NCBI GenBank assembly: GCA_002269645.1
Contig: NIVC01000462.1
Location: 525,516-589,515, forward strand
DNA from: Macrostomum lignano
Taxonomy: Eukaryota
Direction: 5' to 3'
DNA length: 64,000 bases
The translations under genes were made by a program, and so were the position numbers. Of the stretch, positions 24,518 through 37,575 are shown piece after piece. Below the pieces are notes generated by a model. It was not told the DNA's origin. It saw only the letters and a program-made list of their open reading frames with translations, and did no database searches. How positions within the stretch are numbered: position 1 is the first letter of the stretch; each line of letters opens with the position of its first letter.

Positions 24518-25311
24518 GCTCGCTGTCCAGCATTCAGCGTTGGAATAATTCAGCTCCTAAGGCTTCTAGACTGGACAAAATATTTTAAAAAGAATTTGAA
24601 AATTTGTCTAAACTACTTCATTGGGAGTTTTTTACAGAAAAAAATGTAATAATTAACTTGCTAACTTCATATTCGGTTTTAAGCAACATGAAAGAAGGAA
24701 ATACACAGTGCGTGACAAGCTTCAACCAGCTACCGCAAGCAGTACTCTTCAAAATATGCATCTTTTTCAGTGCCAAAAGTGTACTGCCTTGTAAAGCATA
24801 GTTAAACAAAGCCGTCCTAGAATCCCTTGGGCATCCCTGCCCGCTGCCATTTTTACCTAACTAGCTGGCGGAGCCTTCTCCTGAAAGCTATTGTGCTTGC
24901 CTAGCTTTGGAACGTTGGAAGTAATTAATTATTAATCTATGAGTTTCTTGACAACGCGGAGCTGCAAAGCTATTCGGGGCCTTACTGTTGATTAGCAACT
25001 AAGTGGCTCTGTGAATTGGGAGAGAGCTTTTTCCAGCTCAGTAAGCAATATTTTGCTAATTAATGGACAACTGACGCACTCCTTGTTTTCTGCAGCAGCA
25101 GCAACAGCAGCAGCAGCAGCAGTAGTAGTATAGCTTTTTGCAGCCGATTTGGCATTACGCGCATTAAATTTAATCCAAAATGCGTTTGCCAATGCAACGG
25201 AGATTCAAAATTCAAAATGAGAAACACTCGAATGGCCAATGGCTGCTGCAGCTCGCTGTATGCGTTTCTCATTTTGAATGTCCAAATGATCATTTAGATT
25301 GTCAAAAACAA

Positions 25312-25340
25312 TAGTAGTAGTAGTAGTAGTAGTAGTAGTT

Positions 25341-25416
<76 letters not shown>

Positions 25417-25441
25417 CAGTAGTAGTAGTAGTAGTAGTAGC

Positions 25442-25473
<32 letters not shown>
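25312..25473. repeat. (TAG)n microsatellite
   Basis: About 54 units with a few CAG/TTG interruptions. Confidence 0.97.
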
Positions 25474-25474
<1 letters not shown>

Positions 25475-25919
25475 TAGTTTATACGAAACTAAGAGCTATC
25501 TTTTTAAGAGTGCACTGCCATTCTCTACAAACTGTAAGATTTTCTTCACGAAAATTCCTTCCTAGCTACTATACAGTAGACGGTCTCTCATGTTATTGAC
25601 ATTTCTTCTCAGACAATAGAGCAGTAGACGTGTAAAATTCCATAGTACACAGGCCAAGCGTTTCCAAAAGTGTCTTAAGTTTAAGAACGTTGATGGAGTT
25701 TCCATCTTAGACAATTAGTACCCAAGAGCGAACCAAGGCAGTACACTGCTGTGTACAAATGTTTTTAAAATGAGACTAAAAATCTTACGTAGCTACTGAC
25801 TAGAAGCAGCACGTCCTGAAAATCGTTGAAAAACAGACAGACAAAAGTGCTATAAAATCAAGGTAGGCTGGACCATAGAAGCAGGCGAGTTGTTTCTGAC
25901 TGATAGATAAGCAAGCCTA

Positions 25920-26256
25920 GGTTGCGAGGCCCCTATCGCAACCCCAAGATAAAGGAACCAAGGTTCAACCTCGGGGGTGCGCCCAGCTCACACCAGTAGT
26001 AAACAGGTTTGCAGGGGAGACATCAGCGACCCACATCCGGCCGGTATCTCGGACGAAAGCGTGAAGGAAGGTCACGGATGTTGTCCGGGATGGTCAGCTC
26101 GTTCATCCACTTGGGGTGGCCGACGTATTTGTGCCTCGCCTTATTGAAGTAAGGGCAGAAGGTGACGTGATGCTCCGTAGTCTCCTCTCCTATGCCACAG
26201 AAGGGACAAGTGGGGGCTGGAACCGGTTTGCAACGAGATGGTTGCACGTAGCCCAT
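25920..26256 (-). mobile_element. 3' fragment of a non-LTR retrotransposon
   Basis: [25 protein letters not shown] is the C-terminal CCHC-type motif found in LINE ORF2 proteins. Confidence 0.75.
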
Positions 26257-27345
26257 CTAGGCCGTTAATTATAGCCTAGGCGTGTTGAAACGGGGTGAAA
26301 CGCACGGCATCCGCCCGCTGCAATTATCTATGGCCGACTTCCATAAGTAAAAAACTCGTATGCATATAAGTATCTAGTTAATATTTCTAAAACTTGTATA
26401 TTTTAAAAGTAAAGCTTAGTACTGCTTAATAATGCTTAGTATCAGTTACTATACCTTTTTGGTTCCTATTTGGTTTTTACTGCGTCCAATTTGGTGCGTT
26501 GCAAATAGCCCAGCAGAAGTCATGTTCACCAAAGACTAAGAACTGAAGTCACCGACCAATTTGGTTTATTTCACGTCACGTATGCATTCACTATCCTCTC
26601 TCTGTCCACCAGACGGATTTTAGCGTATGGTCCTCTCTGCGCCATTCTTTGCTTCAGCTATGCCTTCCACCTATGGCCCAAATTGCTCGCAGTTAAAACC
26701 AAATTGATTTCTGTTGTCTATGGCTTTCTATGGTTTGTCTATGCAGAATCTCGTACTACGCTGCCACGTCAGACTGCTGACGGCCACGCACCAATTTGCA
26801 TGATGAAAAAACCAAATAGGAAGCAAAAAAGTATATTTTTTAAATTCAAAGAATAAGGAGTTTTGGCCAGAGACAATTTTTAAGATTTCATTCTTTCTTT
26901 CTTTGTCTAGAGTGCTGGTGTGCAAATGTGGGGGTTCCGCCCCAACACCCCCGCAAGGGGCTCAGCGCCCCCTTGACCCCACTCTCTTCTGACTTTGCCA
27001 TAGACATTTTGACTGAATACATTGGAGTAAATGGGATTTTACCATAGACAGTCTCGAAAATCCCTCAAATTTTGCTGGATGCAAAGCGCTTTTATAGCGC
27101 AGTGAAAAAATCTGAATTAAAAGGCGTGATTTCGACTTGTTTCGAATTTGTGAATTTGAAATGCATTCTACTACCAGAAAACCTGTGCTTGCTGTTCCTT
27201 GGCAGGGTTGTACCCTGGGACCTCTGATTGGTCGAACAGCGATGCGCCATCTCTTAATTGCGCACATTAAAGTCTGTTGGCTCTTATCTGCCTGGCAATT
27301 CAGAACTGCCGAATTCGTGCTTCAAGTTCCTCTCCTAGCGGAGAA

Positions 27346-28086
27346 ATGTTCCGCCCAGCAGCGGCTCTCTCTGTTCTGTTCTGCACTGCATTCCTGCTGA
27401 CTTGCGTCACCTGCAGACTCGTCAGCTTCTCCTACCTGGGCTGCTATAAAGACCATTCGTCCACCAGAGACCTGAACGGGCTCAGTGGAGTCAGCAAGAT
27501 CGGCGAGTTCTGTGTCCATCACCCTTCTGGTAGTGTCTATTTGAGCATGATGTCGCACAAGCTGTGCAGCAGCATCTGCTCGATCGGCAGCTTCTCGTAC
27601 TTTGGGGTGCAGTACGGGGATGAGTGCTACTGCGGCAACTCCTTCGGATCCCATGGCCTGGTGAGCGAAGCCGACTGCAGCATGGATTGCCTCGGAAACG
27701 CGATGCAGAAATGCGCGGGTCCAACAGAAACTCCGTGTTCTCCCTGAGCTACCCAGGTACTGTTCTGATTTCTAAAGCTCAGTGCCTATTGTCAGTTTAA
27801 AAACATGTTTACTAATGAGAAGCTGCATCTACCTCCAATTTCAGTTTCGGACAACAACACCTACACGGTAGTGAAGCAGTCCAGTCCTCCCGTGACATCC
27901 GGTGCCACTTCCGTCTGGCCTGTCGCTGCCCAGTCCGTCGAGGACTGCCTGCTGTGGTGCAGCGCCAGAGCCGACTGCCGGGCCGCCGTTTTCTCCCGAC
28001 AGGAGCTCGCCTGCCACTTGCTGGAGTTCGTGTACCCGCCTGGCCACCTGAGCGGGCCCGAGTGGACTCTGTTCGTGCGTGGCTGA
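27346..28086 (+). pseudogene. G4: WSC-PAN gene with a 1-nt deletion near 27714; exons 27346-27756 and 27845-28086
   Basis: TGCGCGGGTCCAAC vs paralog G10 TGTGGCGACTCCAAC. Exon 1 is 411 nt vs 412 nt in G10. Exon 2 is open and ends LFVRG*. A sequencing error is possible. Confidence 0.72.
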
Positions 28087-29588
28087 GCTCGAGCGGTGCG
28101 GTGACCGACTGGCTCAGCTGATGAGCTGGAAAAGAACTCAAGCTCGTCTTTGATGCGAAATCCCACAGCCCTGATCTAACTAAAAATAAAAGCCTTAAAA
28201 ATATTTGTGACGCTACAGGCATGACTAAATTCGGTAGATTGCTTTCGCCCTACCGGTACAGTCACTCAAAGTCAGTGTGTAACTGACTTTACGTTCACTA
28301 ACTCATCGTGTAACCAACCGACAGTTGCAGGAGCAAGTACTCAACGCCACCGAGTGTTTGAGTTGCTAACGCTCAATTAGCTGATGGGCGTTACTTTGCA
28401 GAATTAGAAGAAATCATTAAGAATGAATGTGTATATTGCATTGCATTACATTGCATTGAAAAACGTTGAAAAAGTAATATAGCAGTCGTTGGTCTATCTA
28501 TCAACAGAAACCTTAAACTGGCTTAACTGCAACTCATATGATTCTGCCCCATCCTAGGAGAATATTTATTATTTATGGTGCATGAACTGCCAGGCTACCT
28601 GAGTCAGTTGACGGTCAACCGCCCAGCGGGATAAATTGAAGGATGAGTTGAGCATCATTAAAATATTTTCTGCTTAAACCAGCTAGTTTAGGCCGCGCTA
28701 GCCATGCTTTTTCCAACTGAAATTTGGGAGGGTAAAGTTTTTGCCTGGCTGCACAAGGCTTCGGGAGGCTATTTTAATCTTTCATTTTCAATTTTTAAGA
28801 TCCCTAAAAAAGCAGAAAACGGCGGTCTTGACCTTTGATAATCTTAATTGTCCCCTCTTTCTGCTCGGAGCTGAAAATTGGCATAAATTTTGAGTGATTA
28901 CGCCACAACTTTTTCCTATGTCGCCAGTGCATTTTCTCTCCTGTGGGGGAATGGGCGCGTTCTCATTGGCGGCGTGTGTACAATTGGACCCTGGCTCACT
29001 GGCTGACTTTATAGACAATTGCGCAACTATTTGTGTTCTGTTTTTTAACAGGAAGCCCTGTGTATTTTTTGCACAGTGAAATTCAGTGCATTTTAATGCA
29101 TAAACTTGCGAGCATCTTTAGCAGGCAGTGAACGTACACTCGATATTTCAATGCTTAAAATCAGAAAGTTTCAAACACAAACTGTTGCTCGAGTTTTGAA
29201 CTTAGAGAGGAGAGACTTATATTGCTGGAAAGATCTTGCTGCGATGAGTTCGGGGATATAAGTTTTTTGCTTTAAATATGAAAATTAAATTCACAGCATT
29301 CAAGAAAAGATTTTCATACTTTTAGCTTTCTGCAAAGATTTTGCTCATTTTGGAGTTCAATGGGGGTTCGACCGACCCCCCCCCCAATAGTTGGTAGGGG
29401 GTTCAATTTCTAGCTGCACTGCGTATTGGAAGGGGATCGGTTGCTGTGTATTGGAGGGCTGATTTAGATTGCGAAATCTTTTTGTTAACTTTAACCGACG
29501 CTGATACTGACTGCCTGAGAAATAAGTTGCGCAATTTAATTGGTTCAATGTTTTTACGGCGCCTTTCAACACGCAGCTGTGTGTAGCT

Positions 29589-29612
29589 CTAACCCTAACC
29601 CTAACCCTAACC
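29589..29612. repeat. Interstitial (CCCTAA)n tract
   Basis: Four telomere-type units. Confidence 0.8.
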
Positions 29613-29783
29613 AATGAATTCTGAGAGCTGGGCTGTTTGACGGAGAAATTTCGATTTAGTCCAGTTTCACGGAGAGGATTTCTATTTCGCGGAGAATATT
29701 TCGATGGTGTTCAGTTTCACGGAGAGGATTTCGATAGTGTTCAGTTTCACGGAGACGATTTCTGTTGCGCGGAGAGGTGTTGG

Positions 29784-31778
29784 TGTAGCGTAAAGCATCA
29801 ATTTTAGAAAGTACGTATCGCGCTATATTTATTTTTAGAATTAGAATTTTCGAGAAAAAATTTTTTGTAGTGCAAGTTAAAGTTCATTCTAGAAATTTCC
29901 TTTAGTTTAATCAAACGTTAGTTTTACTTCTAAATATTGAGTATAAAATTTACTGTTGTCATATTTATTAATGCATTTGTACGGTAGTGTTACGTAATAG
30001 CATTTAAAATATTTAATTTTGTTGTAACTAACGAAACTTCTAGAAATTTCCGGTTATACTCAGTTCAGTACTATAAATAAACGTAACCTAAGTACTTCAA
30101 CTCTTTAAGTGATTCTTTTCATTCAGCAAACACAGAACCACCGCCTTTGCTCTTTATCTGCATCAACCATTCTTTACAACTGGTCCGGTGAGGCGCCGAA
30201 GCCCCGTCAGGGGCAGGACAGCAAACCAACATGTAAAAATATCGCCTGAACTTTCGCCCGTCATCATCACCGTCAACACATCGCATGTACCATGGTTAAC
30301 AACGCCTCACAATCCACACAGCAATCATCCGATTCCGCAGCAACTCCACAGCAACGCAGGACTCCTTCGACGACCTATATCAACCAAGCCAACACGGGCT
30401 AACAAAAGCCTATCGACCGAGCTTCCTGCACCGATCCAGCATCTCCAAGAGCCTTCAACCGAAGCAGTTCCGACCAACATCACCGGGGAGTCACCATTTC
30501 AAAGGCCTAACACAAGGTCAGCCGACAAACCGGTGATCGTCCCGGCCACACCGTCGCATTACATCCGCAGTTTCCGGCCGCAGCCCACCTCATGCGCTCC
30601 CTCTGTGCTGCCCAGCCGCAGAGCGACTGCCCGCCGTCGTCCCCCGCCGTAGTCCAGGGAGTCGTCTGTCTGCAACTCGGCAACTTCCGTAGGTCGCACC
30701 AGCCCCAGCGCCATTCCGCCATTCTGGAGCAACGCAGGAGGACGCACGAGTGGACCAGCCGCCGTTCCATTCGACACATCTACCACGAAGCGACATCACC
30801 ACATTCAGCCAGCCATCATCACCGCCACGAAACCATCAACATCGACATCCGTCTCGTGCGCTTCGCCTGATACCCTCGGCCGCAGAGCGACAACCCGCCT
30901 TTCTCCGGTTCACCTCCTCCAGGGTGTCGTATGTCTGCATCCGGCAACACCCAGTTAGGTCCCACGTCCGACAATCCGCCAACCGGGAGCACCAGTCGAG
31001 GACACGAGTGGATCGATCGCCATCACACCAGACACTCCATCGCCGAATCCATTCGAATTGACAGTAACTTATCCTAACCATCTGCAACACCGACATCGGC
31101 GGCCGAGTACAGTTTAACACAGCCGTCAGCATCCGAGCTGCCATCAGCGTCACCAACTCCGGACCCGCCCGCTGCACCCGCCGCGACAGAGCCGGAAAAG
31201 GTGACTAGAAGCGGTCGCCGCGTGAGATTCGCCAGAGACAATGATTTTCATTACTATTGACATCGCATTTTTCCAATTTTTTCTCACTTTTCTTTCATCT
31301 CGTTTCCATTGCACCGTACTATGTACTGTTTTCATTGTTTCGTTCTTAGTATCTGGGGACTCCGTCTTCCGTGGGGGGAACTATTGTAGCGTAAAGCATC
31401 AATTTTAGAAAGTACGTATCGCGCTATATTTATTTTTAGAATTAGAATTTTCGAGAAAAATTTTTTTGTAGTGCAAGTTAAAGTTCATTCTAGAAATTTC
31501 CTTTAGTTTAATCAAACGTTAGTTTTACTTCTAAATATTGAGTATAAAATTTACTGTTGTCATATTTATTAATGCATTTGTACGGTAGTGTTACGTAATA
31601 GCATTTAAAATATTTAATTTTGTTGTAACTAACGAAACTTCTAGAAATTTCCGGTTATACTCAGTTCAGTACTATAAATAAACGTAACCTAAGTACTTCA
31701 ACTCTTTAAGTGATTCTTTTCATTCAGCAAACACAGAACCACCGCCTTTGCTCTTTATCTGCATCAACCTTCTTTACA
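29784..31778 (+). mobile_element. Non-autonomous LTR retroelement (Ty3/Gypsy-like); LTRs 29784-30178 and 31385-31778
   Basis: TG...CA LTRs with about 2 differences. 4-bp TSD TTGG (29780-29783 and 31779-31782). TGG-starting PBS-like site at 30181 and purine tract at 31373-31380. The 1.2-kb interior ends in ...EKVTRSGRRVRFARDNDFHYY*, similar to Gypsy pol tails. Confidence 0.9.
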
Positions 31779-32484
31779 TTGGAAAATGGGATTCCGCTGA
31801 TGGAGTTCAGGGAATGGAATTCCGCTGATTGGAGTTCTTCCCCTTTCTTCTCCGAAGGAGGAGTTGGCCTCGTATATCCTAAAAATGAGTTGTTTGTTTG
31901 TACGAAATCGATTAGAGAAAAAATGGCTGGACCGATTTTCATGAGACTTGCACTGTTCGATCAGAAATTTTCCCGTGACGGTACATGCATCGTGGCTAAG
32001 AAATTGCTCGATGCTAAAGGCATTAAATATTCGAAAAACATGCTTTTTTGCAAAGGTCAAGCAAAGTTTTCGACTTGAAATGCATTGTAAGAATGCTAGA
32101 GAAAAAACTGACTGGTTGAATTCTGATTCTGAAATAGATTGCATCATAACTGAATTGTAACTCTGACTTGAATTGAAAATGCAGTGTGGAAGCGTAGCAC
32201 CAGACTTGATTTAAATTTCGTAACCATATTGTTAACTGATACTGACTGACTGAGAAACTGATTATGTCATAACTGCTTCGTGTGATTTACTCTATGCTTG
32301 GATTTTAAAGTGTTGAATTATATAAGTGCAAAATTTCATGTTATCAAAACGATGAGAGCTAGCCTAGAGGTGAACAAACTGAACTGCCAAATGCAGCGAC
32401 GATGGTTCGAATTTTCATAGAGTATATTTTCTTAATTAAAGCTTTTCAACGTCAGGAAAACTAAAAGACTTTTTAAAAAGAATT

Positions 32485-35400
32485 GCGTCATGTAAAATCA
32501 TAGAAGCGTCATGTAAAAATCATAGAAGCGTCATGTAAAAATCAGAGAAGCGTCATGTAAAAATCAGAGAAGCGTCATGTAAAAAATCATTGAAGCGTCA
32601 TGAAAAAATCATAGAAACGTCATGAAAAAATCATAGAAGTGTAATGTAAAAATCATAGAAGCGTCATGTAAAAAATCATAGAAGCGTCATGTAAAAATCA
32701 TAGAAACGTCATGAAAAAATCATAGAAGCGTCATGCAAACAATCATAGAAGCGTCATGTAAAAAATCATAGAAGCGTCATGTAAAAAAATCATAGAAGCG
32801 TCATGTAAACAATCATAGAAGCGTCATGTAAAAAATCATAGAAGCGTCATGTAAAAAATCATAGAAGCGTCATGTAAACAATTATGGAAGCGTCATTTAA
32901 AAAATCATAAAAGCGTCATGCAAACAATCATAGAAGTCATGTAAAAAATCGTAGAAGCGTCATATAAAAATATAGAAGCGTCATTTAAAAAATCATTGAA
33001 GTGTCATTTAAAAAATCATAGAAGCGTCATGTAAAAAATCGTAGAAGCATCATGTAAACAATCATAAAAGCGTTATGTAAAAATAAAAAAAGCGTAATGT
33101 AAAAAATCATAGAAGCGTCATGAAAAAATAATAGAAGCGTCATTTAAAAATCATAGAAGCGTCATGTAAACAATCATAGAAGCGTCATGTAAAAATCATA
33201 GAAGCGTCACGAAAAAATAATCGAAGCGTCATATAAACAATTATAGAAGCGTCATGTAAACAATCATAGAAGCGTCATGCAAACCATAATAGAAGCGTCA
33301 TGAAAAAATCATAGAAGCGTCATGCAAACAATCATAGAAGCGTCATGTAAAAATCATAAAAGCGTCATATAAAAAATCATAGAAGCGTCATGTAAACAAT
33401 CGTAGAAGCGTCATATAAAATCATAGAAGCGTCATGTAAAAAAATCATAGAAGCGTCATTTAAAAAAGCATAGAAGCGTCATGTAAAAAATTATAGAAGC
33501 GTCATGTAAAAATCGGAGAAGCGTCATGTAAAAATCATAGAAGCGTCATGTAAAAAATCATAGAAGCGTCATGTAAACAATCATAGAAGCGTCATGAAAA
33601 AAATAGAAGCGTCATGTAAAAATCATAAAAGCGTCATGTAAACAATCATAGAAGCGTCATGCAAACAATCATAGAAGCGTCGTGTAAAAATCATAGAAGC
33701 GTCATATAAACAATCGTAGAAGCGTCATGCAAACAATCATAGAAGCGTCATGTAAAAATCATACAAGCGTCATGCAAACCATAATAGAAGCGTCATGTAA
33801 AAATCATAGAAGCGTCATGCAAACAATCATAGAAGCGTCATGTAAAAATCATAGAAGCGTCATATAAACAATCATAGAAGCGTCATGTAAAAATCATAGA
33901 AGCGTCATATAAAAATCATAGAAGCGTCATGTAAACAATCATAGAAGCGTCATGCAAACAATCATAGAAGCGTCATGTAAAAATCATAAAAGCGTCATAT
34001 AAAAAATCATAGAAGCGTCATGTAAAAAATTATAGAAGCGTCATGTAAAAATCGGAGAAGCGTCATGTAAAAATCATAGAAGTGTCATGTAAAAAATCAT
34101 TGAAGCGTCATGAAAAAATCATAGAAACGTCATGAAAAAATCATAGAAGTGTAATGTAAAAATCATAGAAGCGTCATGTAAAAAATCATAGAAGCGTCAT
34201 GTAAAAATCATAGAAACGTCATGAAAAAATCATAGAAGCGTCATGCAAACAATCATAGAAGCGTCATGTAAAAAATCATAGAAGCGTCATGTAAAAAAAT
34301 CATAGAAGCGTCATGTAAACAATCATAGAAGCGTCATGTAAAAAATCATAGAAGCGTCATGTAAAAAATCATAGAAGCGTCATGTAAACAATTATGGAAG
34401 CGTCATTTAAAAAATCATAAAAGCGTCATGCAAACAATCATAGAAGTCATGTAAAAAATCGTAGAAGCGTCATATAAAAATATAGAAGCGTCATTTAAAA
34501 AATCATTGAAGTGTCATTTAAAAAATCATAGAAGCGTCATGTAAAAAATCGTAGAAGCATCATGTAAACAATCATAAAAGCGTTATGTAAAAATAAAAAA
34601 AGCGTAATGTAAAAAATCATAGAAGCGTCATGAAAAAATAATAGAAGCGTCATTTAAAAATCATAGAAGCGTCATGTAAACAATCATAGAAGCGTCATGT
34701 AAAAATCATAGAAGCGTCACGAAAAAATAATCGAAGCGTCATATAAACAATTATAGAAGCGTCATGTAAACAATCATAGAAGCGTCATGCAAACCATAAT
34801 AGAAGCGTCATGAAAAAATCATAGAAGCGTCATGCAAACAATCATAGAAGCGTCATGTAAAAATCATAAAAGCGTCATATAAAAAATCATAGAAGCGTCA
34901 TGTAAACAATCGTAGAAGCGTCATATAAAATCATAGAAGCGTCATGTAAAAAAATCATAGAAGCGTCATTTAAAAAAGCATAGAAGCGTCATGTAAAAAA
35001 TTATAGAAGCGTCATGTAAAAATCGGAGAAGCGTCATGTAAAAATCATAGAAGTGTCATGTAAAAAATCATAGAAGCGTCATGTAAACAATCATAGAAGC
35101 GTCATGAAAAAAATAGAAGCGTCATGTAAAAATCATAAAAGCGTCATGTAAACAATCATAGAAGCGTCATGCAAACAATCATAGAAGCGTCGTGTAAAAA
35201 TCATAGAAGCGTCATATAAACAATCGTAGAAGCGTCATGCAAACAATCATAGAAGCGTCATGTAAAAATCATACAAGCGTCATGCAAACCATAATAGAAG
35301 CGTCATGTAAAAATCATAGAAGCGTCATGCAAACAATCATAGAAGCGTCATGTAAAAATCATAGAAGCGTCATATAAACAATCATAGAAGCGTCATGTAA

Positions 35401-36570
35401 AAATCATAGAAGCGTCATATAAAAATCATAGAAGCGTCATGTAAACAATCATAGAAGCGTCATGCAAACAATCATAGAAGCGTCATGTAAAAATCATAAA
35501 AGCGTCATATAAAAAATCATAGAAGCGTCATGTAAAAAATTATAGAAGCGTCATGTAAAAATCGGAGAAGCGTCATGTAAAAATCATAGAAGTGTCATGT
35601 AAAAAATCATAGAAGCGTCATGTAAAAATCATAGAAGCGTCATGTAAACAATCATGGAAGCGTCATGCAAACAATCATAGAAGCGTCGTGTAAAAATCAT
35701 AGAAGCGTCATATAAACAATCGTAGAAGCGTCATGCAAACAATCATAGAAGCGTCATGTAAAAATCATACAAGCGTCATGCAAACCATAATAGAAGCGTC
35801 ATGTAAAAATCATAGAAGCGTCATGCAAACAATCATAGAAGCGTCATGTAAAAATCATAGAAGCGTCATATAAACAATCATAGAAGCGTCATGTAAAAAT
35901 CATAGAAAAGTCATATAAAAATCATAGAAGCGTCATGTAAACAATCATAGAAGCGTCATGTAAAAAATCATAGAAGCGTCATATAAACAATCATAGAAGC
36001 GTCATGTAAAAATCATAGAAGCGTCATATAAAAATCATAGAAGCGTCATGTAAACAATCATAGAAGCGTCATGCAAACAATCATAGAAGCGTCATGTAAA
36101 AATCATAGAAGCGTCATGTAAAAAAATCATAGAAGCGTCATGAAAAAATCATAGAAGCGTCCTGTAAAAATCATAGAACCGTTATATAAACAATCATCGA
36201 AGCGTCATGCAAACAATCATATAAGCGTCATGTAAAAATCATAGAAGCGTCATGTAAAAAATCATAGTAGCGTCATGTAAAAATCCAACAAGCGTCATGC
36301 AAACCATAATAGAAGCGTCATGTAAAAATCATAGAAGCGTCATGAAAAAGTCATAGAAGCGTCACGTAAACAATCATAGTAGCGTCATGTAAAATCATAC
36401 AAGCGTCATGCAAACCATAATAGAAGTGTCATGTAAAAATCATAGAAGCGTCATATAAAAATCATAGAAGCGTCATATAAACAATTATAGACGCGTCATG
36501 TAAACAATCATAGAAGCGTCATGTAAAAAATCATAGAAGCGTCATGAAAAAATCATAGAAGCCTCATATA
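32485..36570. repeat. 21-22-bp minisatellite (CATAGAAGCGTCATGTAAAAAAT), about 4.1 kb
   Basis: Read directly from the sequence. Variant units recur at an offset of about 1510 bp. Confidence 0.97.
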
Positions 36571-37484
36571 AAAACTAATGAAAGTGTCATTAAAAAAATT
36601 AAGAAGCAAAATGGAAGAATATAAGAAGCGTCATGTAAAAATCAAAAGAAGTGTCATGTCAGACATGAAAGGTGTCATATAAAAATTAAATGAAGCTATA
36701 GTACAACACTGTTCTGGGGAGAATTACTGAGACGTCAAGGCTCACAGAGAATAACTGAGATTACAGGGGGGGGGGGTTCTGAGATGTCAAAGCAAAAGTC
36801 AGAAGCTACTTCAAAGTTCATGTACTTTACTCAATTTTTTTATTACATTCTTTGTTGGCTCGCCACGGGGGGCGCTGATAGAAGAAGAGTCATGTAAAAA
36901 ATAAAAGTAGCACTATATATACATAAAAGAAAAGTCATGTCGAAGTTAAAAGATTCATTTGGGAATTGCTACGATGTCAAAGCTTGGTGGAAATCGTTAT
37001 AGTGCTGTGATTCTTAAAGAAGGAATCACTAAAATTCCAAGGCTTAGGGGAGAAGAATTGCTGAGATTTCAAGGCTTTAGGTTGGGTTAAAGTTAGGTTT
37101 AGGTCAAGTGTGGGTTGAGGGTTATATTTTATCGGGTTTCAAGGTTAACAAGGGATTTTTTAGATTTCAAGATTTATGGGGGCATCGCTGACATGTCAAG
37201 GCTTACGGGAGGAATAGCTGAGATGTCAAGGCTCACGGGGGTATAAATAAGATTTCAAGGCTTAAGTCAGAAGCTACATGTAGTTTATTGAAAACTTTTT
37301 ATTCCATTATTTGTTGACTCCTCAGGGCTCGCTGATAGAAAAAGCGTAATGTAAAAATAAAAGAAGCTTCATGTCAAAGTTAAGAGATTCATTTGGGAAT
37401 CCCTACGATGTCGAGGCTTGCAGGGAATCGCTATAATGCTGTAGTAGTGCTATAATGACTCAGAATTACTGAAAATTCAATGCT

Positions 37485-37575
37485 TTAGGGTTAGGTTAGG
37501 GTTAGGGTTAGGGTTAGGGTTAGGGTTAGGGTTAGGGTTAGGGTTAGGGTTAGGCTAGGGTAAGGGTTAGGGTTA
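37485..37575. repeat. (TTAGGG)n inside H1; counterpart at about 57444-57497 in H2
   Basis: About 14 units, flanked on both sides by element sequence. Confidence 0.92.

Larger units (their letters stand above)
22542..28330. repeat. Segmental duplication copy A (G2-G3-(TAG)n-LINE fragment-G4); copy B at about 47486-52500
   Basis: Collinear genes, intergenic DNA, microsatellite and LINE fragment, offset about 24.9 kb. Confidence 0.92.

Noticed and set aside
25312-25473. (TAG)n as the 3' tail of the neighbouring LINE fragment
   Set aside because: LINE homology between the two copies ends near 25900, more than 400 bp from the tract.
37485-37575. TTAGGG tracts as a true chromosome end or fusion site
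   Set aside because: They are short, embedded at equivalent positions in two copies of a mobile element, and there is no head-to-head telomere junction.
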